64,000 nucleotides of DNA, taken from positions 10,330 through 74,329 of the forward strand of contig CAZVMP010000002.1 of assembly GCA_964628885.1 (NCBI GenBank), written 5' to 3'. Shown here piece by piece: positions 37,642 to 46,460 of the stretch. This stretch comes from an uncultured Gammaproteobacteria bacterium. Its GTDB lineage: Bacteria > Patescibacteriota > Microgenomatia > UBA12405. The notes below the pieces were generated by a model. That model searched no databases. It was not told where the DNA came from and saw nothing but the letters and a program-made list of their open reading frames with translations. A program made the position numbers and the translations under genes. Numbering within the stretch: position 1 is the stretch's first letter; every line of letters starts with the position of its first letter.

Positions 37642-39465
37642 ATGAACGCTCGTCAACTTAAAGATAAATTTATTAATTTTTTTGTTTCCAAAAATCATTT
37701 TGAGATTCCTTCTGCCAGCCTGATTCCTGAAAATGATCCTAGTACTCTTTTTATCTCTGCTGGAATGCACCCCTTAGTGCCCTATCTTTTGGGTCAGCCA
37801 CATGTCTTTGGTAAGCGTCTTACTAACGTTCAAAAATGTATTCGTACTGGCGATATTGATGATGTTGGTGATAAATTTCATCACACTTTCTTCGAAATGT
37901 TAGGCAATTGGTCTTTGGGTGATTATTTTAAATCAGAAATGATTCCTTGGAGTTTTGAATTCTTAACTCAACACCTTGGTTATAAGGTTGAACAAATCCA
38001 TGTAACTTGTTTTCAAGGAGATGATCATGCTCCTAAAGATACTACTTCCTATAATCTCTGGCTTAAGCAGGGGATTATAAAAGACCATATTCATTATTTA
38101 CCCAAAAAAGATAATTGGTGGGGACCTGCCGGTACCACCGGTCCCTGTGGTCCTGATACTGAAATGTTCATTGATCTTGATGTTACTGCTGGCCCTATAG
38201 ATTTTATTTCTGGCTGCAAGTCAGAAAGAATTGTTGAAATTGGAAATGATGTTTTTATGGAATATAATCAGACGGCAGATGGTAAATATTTACCTCTGTC
38301 TCAAAAGAATGTTGATACTGGTTATGGAGTTGAAAGAAACATCGCTGTTATTAATGGTTTTACTGACAACTATTTAACCGATATTTGGCAACCGATTGTT
38401 CAAACTGTTGAGCAAATATCAGCTAAAAAATATTCTCAGGGTGGTCAAACTACTACTGCAATTAGAATAATTTGTGATCATATCAAAGCCGCTGTTTTCA
38501 TCATTGCAGATGGGGTTGAACCATCAAACAAAGAAACCGGCTATGTTCTTCGTCGCCTGATTCGTCGAGCCATTCGTCAAGGGAAACTTTTAGGTATTGA
38601 AACTAATTTTACTTCCCAAGTTGCTATCTCAGTTATTAATAATCAAGAAAATTATGCTGGTATTTACCCAGAGCTGGATATTAATAAAGAAAAAATCCTC
38701 TCCCTTCTTGATTTTGAAGAAAATAAATTTCGTAAGACCCTTAATCGGGGATTAGCCGAACTTCAAAAAGACGAAACTAATTTTCAAAAATTACATCCTG
38801 ATACTAAGTTAGTTGATAAAAAGTATTTAGGGGATAAATCTTTTTTTTACTATGAAAGTTTTGGTTTTCCTTTTGAAATGTTTTATGAAGAGTCCAAATT
38901 GGCTAAAAGTTATCCCCGAGAAGAGGTTTATCAATATTTTGAAATCGCCCGACAAGAACATACTAGTCAATCCCGTAATCTTTCTGCTGGTAAGTTTAAA
39001 TCTGGTTTAGCTGATCATTCTGATTTAATTATTAAATATCATACTGCAGCTCATCTTATGCACGCTTCTCTTCGACGAGTTTTGGGTAATCATATTCATC
39101 AGGCCGGATCTAACATTACCACCGAAAGAATTCGCTTTGATTTTACTCACCCTGATAAAGTTACTCAGGATCAACTCCAACAAGTTGAAGAATTAGTAAA
39201 TCAGCAAATTAAACTGGCTCTCCCGGTTAATCATCAAAATATTTCCTTTGTTGAGGCTAAAAAACAAGGAGCTCTTTTTCTTCCCGGACACTCTTATCCT
39301 GATATGGTTAGTGTTTATACTGTTGGCGATCCTAATAATTACTATTCCAAGGAAATTTGTACCGGCCCTCATGTTCAAAATACTAGTCAATTAACTGAAT
39401 TTAAGATCCTTAAAGAAGAATCAGCCGGTTCTGGTAAACGTCGTCTTTACGCTACCCTAAAATAA
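37642..39465 (+). CDS. alaS: Alanine--tRNA ligase (no C-Ala domain)
   Basis: LFISAGM, HHTFFEMLGNWS and GPCGP; editing domain HTAAH and EICTGPH. Confidence 0.95.
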   Translation: MNARQLKDKFINFFVSKNHFEIPSASLIPENDPSTLFISAGMHPLVPYLLGQPHVFGKRLTNVQKCIRTGDIDDVGDKFHHTFFEMLGNWSLGDYFKSEMIPWSFEFLTQHLGYKVEQIHVTCFQGDDHAPKDTTSYNLWLKQGIIKDHIHYLPKKDNWWGPAGTTGPCGPDTEMFIDLDVTAGPIDFISGCKSERIVEIGNDVFMEYNQTADGKYLPLSQKNVDTGYGVERNIAVINGFTDNYLTDIWQPIVQTVEQISAKKYSQGGQTTTAIRIICDHIKAAVFIIADGVEPSNKETGYVLRRLIRRAIRQGKLLGIETNFTSQVAISVINNQENYAGIYPELDINKEKILSLLDFEENKFRKTLNRGLAELQKDETNFQKLHPDTKLVDKKYLGDKSFFYYESFGFPFEMFYEESKLAKSYPREEVYQYFEIARQEHTSQSRNLSAGKFKSGLADHSDLIIKYHTAAHLMHASLRRVLGNHIHQAGSNITTERIRFDFTHPDKVTQDQLQQVEELVNQQIKLALPVNHQNISFVEAKKQGALFLPGHSYPDMVSVYTVGDPNNYYSKEICTGPHVQNTSQLTEFKILKEESAGSGKRRLYATLK

Positions 39466-39497
39466 CTAAAAATCCGGATTTATAGTATCCTTATAAT

Positions 39498-41690
39498 ATG
39501 GAAGGGAACAGTTTTTGGTTGATATCTATTCAAAACGACGAAGTTAGTGTTTCCCTAGTTTCCGCCTCTGATAATAAATACCGGGTTTTATCATCTGGCC
39601 CTAGTAAAAACTGGGATATTAACAATCCTTCTACTTTCACCACCGCTATCGATGAGTCTCTTTCTGTAGCTTCTTTAAATGCTAATATCACCGAAGAACA
39701 AGAACCATCAACTGCTGCTTTTGTAATTCCTCCCTTCTGGGTTAGTAATGACAGTAAAATTCTTCCCAGTAAGGTTAAATTTATTAAAGAAGCCTGTAAA
39801 AGTTTATCCTTAACTCCAACTGGGTTTTTAGCCGAAGATGATGCTATTGTTGAGGACGCCAATCAGTCGGATGGATTTCCCGCCAGCTTTATTCTAGTCC
39901 ATCTTTCGGCCAAAGATTTTTACCTTTCTCTAGTTTATCTTGGTCATATTAAAGAGAGAATTAAAAAGGACCTTAGTCAGGAATTTACCGGTCAGGATTT
40001 AGAATCAGCTTTATTAGAAATAAATTCTGAATCAGCTCTCCCTCCTCAAATCATTATCTTTGGTCAGTTTGATGCTAGGATTTTAAGTTCTCTTAAAAAT
40101 TATCCTTGGGTTGGTAAAAAAAACATTGAAACCTTTCTCCATCTCCCTGAAATTAAATCCTATGATCAAGATCAAATTATTGATATTTTTACTCGGGTTA
40201 TTTCCGGCCAAATTAACCACTCTTCCAGACTCCCTGATTCAGATGATTCTTTAGAGGAAACTCCCGTTTCTGATGATAATTTTTCTGACCCTAAAACTCT
40301 AGACGATCCCAATCTTCCACCTTCAACCAGTTCTCAAACCCCTCAAAAAGAAACTTTAATTGAAACTACTCCAGAAGAGCTTGGCTTTGGTCAAACTCCT
40401 TCTGATTTTACTTCTTCGCTTCCTATCATTACTCCTGCCGATATTCCCCCTCAGCCTCAAGATCCTTCTCCGCCAATTTTTACTCCTTCACCTTCGCCTT
40501 CAAGAAAAAGTAAAATTTCCTTTAATTTTTTTAAAAAAATTAAACTTCCTCGGCTAAAATTTAATCAGAACTTTCTCTGGTTTGGTTTAATTTTATTACC
40601 AATTTTAGCTGCTCTTCCATTCTTTTTACTTAAAAGTCAGGTAACTATTTTTGTTATCCCTTATACCTTTAATAAATCTCTTCCAGTGACTCTTAAAGTT
40701 GACGCTAATAATAGTGATATTTCTAAATCTATAATTCCTATTACTAAAGAAGTTTTTGATGTTAAAGCTAAAGTTAGTATTAAGACTACTGGTCAAAGAA
40801 CCATCGGCGATAAGTCTCAAGGAGAAATAATTATTTTTAACAAACTTGATAAACCACAAACTTTGCCAAAAGGAGCTATTATTGTTGATTCAACTGGTAA
40901 AGAATTTGAGCTAGCTACGGGGATTACTATTGCTGCCAGCAGTTCTGATTTAGAAGAGGGGGTTATTAAACTTGGCCAAACTAAGACAGTTGCCATTGCT
41001 TCCGATATCGGCTCAGAATACAATATTGTGGTTGATTCCCAATTAAAGTTCAAAGAATATTCTGAAACCGATTTTATTATCAAGACTGAAACTACTTTCA
41101 GTGGTGGCAGTCGTCAGCAGGTTGCTGCCGTTAGTGCTGAAGATATAACTAATATTCAATCCCAAATTAATCAAGAAATCGCCCAAAAAATTGAAGAAAA
41201 AATAATTCAGACAACGGGAGACGTTTCTGGTCTCATTAAAGAAACTATCCAAAGTAAAAAAGGTAATTTAGAGCTTAGTCGTGAAATTGGGGAAACTACC
41301 GAAGATCTTACTGGTAGTATTTCTGCCTCAGTGACTGTTTTTGTTCTCTCCAATGAGACCAAAGACAGTGTTATTAATCAGTTTATGTCTTCTGAAGCCG
41401 ACTTTAACAACAGTCTTTTTGATCCTAAGGACTATACTTTTTCCCTTAAAGTTAATAAAATTGAAACTAACCAGGCTGCTGGTAACTTAACTGTTTCTGG
41501 TAAGTCTTTGCCCAAAATTAATGAGTCTAATCTCAAAAAAGCCCTAACTTTCAAAACGGTCCAAAAGGGTGGGGATATCATCAAAAAAATGATTCCTCGA
41601 GCATATAATTTTAATATCAAAACTAAACTTCCGCTCCTACCATTTATTGCCAATAATATCAGCGTTGAAGTTAAGACTGAAACTCAGTGA
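39498..41690 (+). CDS. Membrane protein with degenerate actin-like (FtsA/PilM-like) N-terminus, Pro-rich linker, TM and baseplate-J-like C-terminal region
   Basis: TTGQRTIGDKSQGEIIIFN, LPKGA, GSEYNI and FSGGS motifs in the C-terminal part; domain calls are by eye. Confidence 0.5.
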   Translation: MEGNSFWLISIQNDEVSVSLVSASDNKYRVLSSGPSKNWDINNPSTFTTAIDESLSVASLNANITEEQEPSTAAFVIPPFWVSNDSKILPSKVKFIKEACKSLSLTPTGFLAEDDAIVEDANQSDGFPASFILVHLSAKDFYLSLVYLGHIKERIKKDLSQEFTGQDLESALLEINSESALPPQIIIFGQFDARILSSLKNYPWVGKKNIETFLHLPEIKSYDQDQIIDIFTRVISGQINHSSRLPDSDDSLEETPVSDDNFSDPKTLDDPNLPPSTSSQTPQKETLIETTPEELGFGQTPSDFTSSLPIITPADIPPQPQDPSPPIFTPSPSPSRKSKISFNFFKKIKLPRLKFNQNFLWFGLILLPILAALPFFLLKSQVTIFVIPYTFNKSLPVTLKVDANNSDISKSIIPITKEVFDVKAKVSIKTTGQRTIGDKSQGEIIIFNKLDKPQTLPKGAIIVDSTGKEFELATGITIAASSSDLEEGVIKLGQTKTVAIASDIGSEYNIVVDSQLKFKEYSETDFIIKTETTFSGGSRQQVAAVSAEDITNIQSQINQEIAQKIEEKIIQTTGDVSGLIKETIQSKKGNLELSREIGETTEDLTGSISASVTVFVLSNETKDSVINQFMSSEADFNNSLFDPKDYTFSLKVNKIETNQAAGNLTVSGKSLPKINESNLKKALTFKTVQKGGDIIKKMIPRAYNFNIKTKLPLLPFIANNISVEVKTETQ

Positions 41691-42403
41691 GTTATATTTA
41701 TCTCAAAAAAAAGTCAAAATCACTTTCTCCTAAAGTTAAGCGTCGCCGTATTGTTGCTGCTAGCTTTGTTTTTATTGGAATTACCTTTTTGGGTTTAGCC
41801 GTTTTTCCCATTATTGGATTTCAACTTTCTTATTCTACTCGTCTTCGACAGATTATTGATCCTTTATCAACTCAATCATACAATCAAACCTCCATTTTAG
41901 GGGAGTCAGCCACTGATTACACTCAATTATCTAACTGGTTTGTTAATTCCCCAGATCTTCCTAATCTTAATCAGGAAGTGATTGATACCGGAGTTGATAG
42001 CTATTATCTTTCCATCCCTAAACTTAAGATTAATCGGGCCATAGTTGTCCTTGGTAGTATGGATTTAGAAAAAAGTTTAATTCACTATCCACAAACTGCT
42101 CTTCCTGGTCATTTTGGCAACCCTGTTATTTTTGGTCATTCAGTTTTGCCCCAATTTTTTAACTCCAAAAACTATCTAACTATCTTTTCTACTCTTTTTA
42201 AACTAAATCAGGGAGATGAAATAATTATTGAATATGATAAATCCACCTATAAGTATATTGTTGAAGAAATGTTTGAAGTTAAACCTACCAATCTTTCAGT
42301 CTTAGATCAAAGATTTGATGATAAAACTCTAACCTTGATTACTTGTAGCCCTCCGGGAACCTATCTCCGTCGCTTAATTATTAAGGCTCATTTAGCCTTA
42401 TAA
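41687..42403 (+). CDS. Sortase
   Basis: N-terminal TM; LSIPKL, GNPVIFGHS and LTLITC...RRLII (His/Cys/Arg triad). Confidence 0.9.
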   Translation: MSYIYLKKKSKSLSPKVKRRRIVAASFVFIGITFLGLAVFPIIGFQLSYSTRLRQIIDPLSTQSYNQTSILGESATDYTQLSNWFVNSPDLPNLNQEVIDTGVDSYYLSIPKLKINRAIVVLGSMDLEKSLIHYPQTALPGHFGNPVIFGHSVLPQFFNSKNYLTIFSTLFKLNQGDEIIIEYDKSTYKYIVEEMFEVKPTNLSVLDQRFDDKTLTLITCSPPGTYLRRLIIKAHLAL

Positions 42404-42405
42404 CT

Positions 42406-42777
42406 ATGAATGCCCTAGGAATTGATTATGGCACTAAAAGAATTGGTCTGGCGATTGCCATTAAGGGTATTATTCAACCCTTAACCACTCTTAAAAACTC
42501 TCCAAAGCTTATTGATCAGTTAAAGCAAGTAATTTCTGACTATCAAATTGATGAAATTTATGTTGGTATTTCTCAAGGAGTAATTGCTAATCAAACTAAT
42601 AAATTTGTCATCCGGCTCAAAAATATGCTACCATTACCCATTAGCACAGTTGAGGAAGCTGTTAGCACTATTGAGGCTAATCAAATCTTTCTTACCAACA
42701 AAAAGCATCAAAAAGATTATCAAAAAACCATTGATGCTATCGCTGCTGCCGTTATTTTAAAAAGAGTTATAAATTAA
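42406..42777 (+). CDS. ruvX: RuvX/YqgF resolvase-like nuclease
   Basis: LGIDYGTKRIGLA, VEEAVST and IDAIAAAVIL motifs. Confidence 0.9.
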   Translation: MNALGIDYGTKRIGLAIAIKGIIQPLTTLKNSPKLIDQLKQVISDYQIDEIYVGISQGVIANQTNKFVIRLKNMLPLPISTVEEAVSTIEANQIFLTNKKHQKDYQKTIDAIAAAVILKRVIN

Positions 42778-42784
42778 CAAAACT

Positions 42785-42982
42785 ATGATTAAAGATCTAA
42801 TTGCTCCAATTCAAGCTTGGCTATTATCTCAAAAGAGGTGTGTTGGCTGTGGCACTGCTTTATCAAAAGGTGTCCGTAAACAAGTTAGAGGCCAAACCAC
42901 TGTTACCTGTCATTGCGGTCGTATTTTTATTTATGATGAGACTAAAAAGACTTACCGCCGAGCTCTCTTTGATGAAATTTAA
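42785..42982 (+). CDS. Small zinc-ribbon protein
   Basis: CVGCG...CHCGR; fills the gap between ruvX and mltG. Confidence 0.7.
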   Translation: MIKDLIAPIQAWLLSQKRCVGCGTALSKGVRKQVRGQTTVTCHCGRIFIYDETKKTYRRALFDEI

Positions 42983-42987
42983 ATCTA

Positions 42988-43953
42988 ATGAAAAGGGCTT
43001 TTTTTGTTACTGTTAGTATTATTCTGATTTTACTTTTATCGTTAGTTCTTTATATTAATTTTCATCTCTCGCCTGTTTCTAGTGACACTACTGCCATCAT
43101 TTTTACTATTAAAAAAGGTGATGGAATTGTTAATATCACTCAGAGGCTTAAAGACAATCAGCTTATTAAAGACAAGTTTTCTTTCATTGCTTACAGTGTT
43201 ATTACTGGTCAAAATCAGAAAATTCCTTCTGGAAATTTTAAGCTTTCTCCTTCATTATCAGTTCAAGACATTTTTAAAAATTTTAGTACTGGTGGAATTA
43301 CTGATTACTGGTTAAAAATTATTGATGGTTTCCGTATTGAAGAAATTGCCAGACTTTTCCCCGATGACCTCTCTTTTAATCAGTCAGATTTTTTAGCCCA
43401 AGCCAAGGTCAAAGAAGGTTATCTTTTCCCTGACAGCTACCTTATCCCCAAATACTATAACCTTAATCAAGTCTTAGATTTTTTAGATCAAAATTTTAAT
43501 AAAAAATTTGCCCAAGCTAAATCTGGTAGTAGCAGTCTTCTTTCAGATCAAGATAATTTAATTTTAGCGTCCTTATTAGAAAGAGAAGGGAGGTCGCTAG
43601 ATTCAAAACAAATGATTGCTGGAATTCTTTTAAACCGGCTGGGGATAAACATGCCACTTCAAGTAGATGCTTCCGTGCAATATGCACGTGATAGTCAGAC
43701 TCCTAATTTAACTAAATATTGGCAGCCTGTCAGCAGCGACCATCTTCGTCAGGTAGATTCTAAATATAATACCTATCTTTATCCCAATCTCCCCCCAGGG
43801 CCAATTTGCAACCCCGGTTATGACTCGCTTTATGCTGTTTATCATCCAACCGATTCCGACTATCTCTACTATATTACTGGTAATGACGGAAAAATGTATT
43901 ATGCTAAAACCCTAAAACAGCATAACCAAAATATCTCCAACTATTTAAGATAA
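42988..43953 (+). CDS. mltG: Endolytic transglycosylase MltG
   Basis: EGYLFPDSY, ASLLERE, MPLQVDA and YNTYLYPNLPPGPICNPG motifs. Confidence 0.93.
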   Translation: MKRAFFVTVSIILILLLSLVLYINFHLSPVSSDTTAIIFTIKKGDGIVNITQRLKDNQLIKDKFSFIAYSVITGQNQKIPSGNFKLSPSLSVQDIFKNFSTGGITDYWLKIIDGFRIEEIARLFPDDLSFNQSDFLAQAKVKEGYLFPDSYLIPKYYNLNQVLDFLDQNFNKKFAQAKSGSSSLLSDQDNLILASLLEREGRSLDSKQMIAGILLNRLGINMPLQVDASVQYARDSQTPNLTKYWQPVSSDHLRQVDSKYNTYLYPNLPPGPICNPGYDSLYAVYHPTDSDYLYYITGNDGKMYYAKTLKQHNQNISNYLR

Positions 43954-45006
43954 TTTTTGATTAATCATTTTGTTGAGTCTTACCCATCTTTCTTTTTTAA
44001 CCTTTGTTGGCACTTCATCAAGATAAAGTTTTTCACTTACTGTTCCTGGTCGAGGGGAATACTTGTTTAGATAAGCTATCTCAAAATTTACCTGACGACA
44101 AATATCAACCGTTTCTTCAAAAGCCGCTTCATCTTCTCCTGGAAACCCAATAATAATATCGGTACTAAACCGAACTCCTTCAACTTTAGCTTTTATCTTT
44201 TTTACCAAATCTAAGTATTCTTCTTTAGTATAATTTCGGTTCATCTTTTGCAAAACTTCATTATTTCCAGCCTGAAAGGGGAGATGAATTAATCTATCAA
44301 TATTCTTATACCTAGCAATTACTTCAATTAAATCATCAGAGAAGTCCCACGGGTTATTACTGACAAATGAGACTAGTTCAACTTCTTTTTTAGCTACTTC
44401 TTCCAATAAATTTGGAAATAAGCTTTTAAACCTTTTTTTACCCATAAAGACATAGCCACAATCACTTAGCTCCGATCCATACGAATTTACATTTTGTCCT
44501 ATTAGTAAAATTCTTTTATTTCCTTTTTTAATTGCCCTATCTACCTCTGCTAATATCTCCTCAAAAGGTCGGGAAACCTCGCTTCCTTTTGCTTGAGGAA
44601 CAATACAATAAGAGCACATGTTGTTGCAACCATAACTAATTGGCACTAAAACCACTCCTTTAAGTTTTTTAATTGGTTCTGTCACGATTGTATATTTTTC
44701 CAACGGTTTAAATTCTACTCCCGCAAAGTTCTTTTTTACTTCCATTTTCTTTTTATTATTTTTATTCATTACCCCGACTAAACATCCAGTTATTACTATT
44801 TTCTTGTTAAATTTTTGGATATTTCTTAAAAACCCATATGCCCTGTTTTCAGCTGACTGCCGAATAACACAAGTATTAATTATTACTTCATCAGCCTCCT
44901 GCCAGTCTTTAGCTTCCTGCCAGCCATTTTCCCAATAGTGTGCCTTAATTCTTTCTGAATCAGCCGTGTTTTGGATGCAACCAAAAGTCTTAATAAAAAA
45001 CTTCAT
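43945..45006 (-). CDS. miaB: MiaB-family methylthiotransferase (no TRAM domain)
   Basis: TFGCIQNTADSE, NTCVIRQSAE, TGC, GCNNMCSYC, GQNVNSYG, DIIIGFPGE and YSPRPGT motifs. Confidence 0.8.
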   Translation of the reverse strand: MKFFIKTFGCIQNTADSERIKAHYWENGWQEAKDWQEADEVIINTCVIRQSAENRAYGFLRNIQKFNKKIVITGCLVGVMNKNNKKKMEVKKNFAGVEFKPLEKYTIVTEPIKKLKGVVLVPISYGCNNMCSYCIVPQAKGSEVSRPFEEILAEVDRAIKKGNKRILLIGQNVNSYGSELSDCGYVFMGKKRFKSLFPNLLEEVAKKEVELVSFVSNNPWDFSDDLIEVIARYKNIDRLIHLPFQAGNNEVLQKMNRNYTKEEYLDLVKKIKAKVEGVRFSTDIIIGFPGEDEAAFEETVDICRQVNFEIAYLNKYSPRPGTVSEKLYLDEVPTKVKKERWVRLNKMINQKLS

Positions 45007-45028
45007 TTCCGATTTTACCAAATCAACC

Positions 45029-45505
45029 TTATTTTAATATTTTTTTTGCCACTACTAATAATCCTGACCCTAAAGTTGATAAAATCACTGTTGGTAACAT
45101 TACTCCTGCCGCCGGCAAGGTAGTTGTTTCCGAGTCAGTGTTAACTGTTTCCCAATTTACATTTTCAGCCCCAGTAGTTAAAGTAAAATTAATTGTTGAA
45201 CCATTGTTGGATATAATTACCGCATGATCTCCGTCCGTTAAAGTTCCTGCTGAATATGACCAATTATTATTACTATCACTTACTGTTGTTCCTTCATCTT
45301 CATCTACCTTCACCGTCACTGTACTTTCAGCCGGAGCCTCGCCGTTAAAAACCACCGTTGAACCAGAAAACCACCAATGAGAAATCTGTCGGCCACTGGT
45401 GTCTACTGGTCCTATTGATTTTAAACTAAATCCACTAGCTATCACTTTTTGTTTAAAACCCAGAAAAAAACTTATTAAAATCAAGATTACGATTAATCTT
45501 TTCAT
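45029..45505 (-). CDS. Secreted Ig-like protein with an LPxTG-type sorting signal
   Basis: Signal peptide; beta-rich NNWSYS...LTDGDH; C-terminal LPAAG, hydrophobic helix and KKILK tail. Confidence 0.7.
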   Translation of the reverse strand: MKRLIVILILISFFLGFKQKVIASGFSLKSIGPVDTSGRQISHWWFSGSTVVFNGEAPAESTVTVKVDEDEGTTVSDSNNNWSYSAGTLTDGDHAVIISNNGSTINFTLTTGAENVNWETVNTDSETTTLPAAGVMLPTVILSTLGSGLLVVAKKILK

Positions 45506-45568
45506 ATTATCATCTTAAAACTATTTTTTTTCATTTGCAATCTTTTTAACTAAATGAGAATATTATTT

Positions 45569-46318
45569 ATGGACGACATCAAAAGTAATAACCCAAACAA
45601 CCAAACTCAGGATGATTATCAAGAAATCCTTGATAAATATGCTGCCTCTATTAAGCCAGAACCTCAAACAGTTCCTTCAGAAACCCCACAACCGACTGTT
45701 AATCCAGAGCCGGAAATTCCACAACCGACTATTCCTGCTGATGCTCTCAAAGAAGTTACTCCATCTCCAGAACCCTCTTTAGAAACCACTCCCTTAACTC
45801 AGCCTACCGATATTATTCCTGAAGCTCCAGCCAGTCAACCAATCACTCCACCAGAACCAGAAACCAAAACTCCCGAAGAAATTAAAGCCGAAATTGACCG
45901 AATTCTTACCGATGAACCTAGTAGTGATAACCAACCAAAAACCACTCCTCTACCATCTTCATCAGGTTCGGGTAAGTTTGTTAAATTTTTATTTACTATT
46001 TCATTAGTTATTTTCTTGGCAGTTGCGGGAGGATTAGCTTATTTTATCTTTATTAACAAGCCGGTTAAAAATAACATCTCCAACGATATTATTCCTACTC
46101 AAGCTCCTAAACCCAGCTGTGTTTTAAATGGAGTTGAGTATAAGCTTGGTGATTCTTTTCCTTCAGCTGATGGCTGTAATACTTGTGTCTGTCAAGCAGA
46201 AGATGCTATTTCTTGCACCCAGAGAGATTGTAGTACTGTTAATACCACTCCTTCAATTTCTCCAGCAACTCAATCTGCTACTCCAACCCAAGAGGCCCTT
46301 CCAACCTTAAGCCAATAG
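45569..46318 (+). CDS. Membrane protein with Pro/Glu/Thr-rich N-terminus and a pacifastin/VWC-like Cys module
   Basis: One TM, then CVLNGVEYKLGDSFPSADGCNTCVCQAEDAISCTQRDC. Confidence 0.7.
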   Translation: MDDIKSNNPNNQTQDDYQEILDKYAASIKPEPQTVPSETPQPTVNPEPEIPQPTIPADALKEVTPSPEPSLETTPLTQPTDIIPEAPASQPITPPEPETKTPEEIKAEIDRILTDEPSSDNQPKTTPLPSSSGSGKFVKFLFTISLVIFLAVAGGLAYFIFINKPVKNNISNDIIPTQAPKPSCVLNGVEYKLGDSFPSADGCNTCVCQAEDAISCTQRDCSTVNTTPSISPATQSATPTQEALPTLSQ

Positions 46319-46460
46319 TTTCTAAACTGTTTTGCTTATTGCTAATCATTGATACTAGGGGTAAAATACCTACATTCTAGCGAGCGGTTGGTACATAACT
46401 CGCATCTCCGTCCAAGCTTAGTGTTGTTGACGGAATCTTTTTTAGTAGTTAAATTTATTG

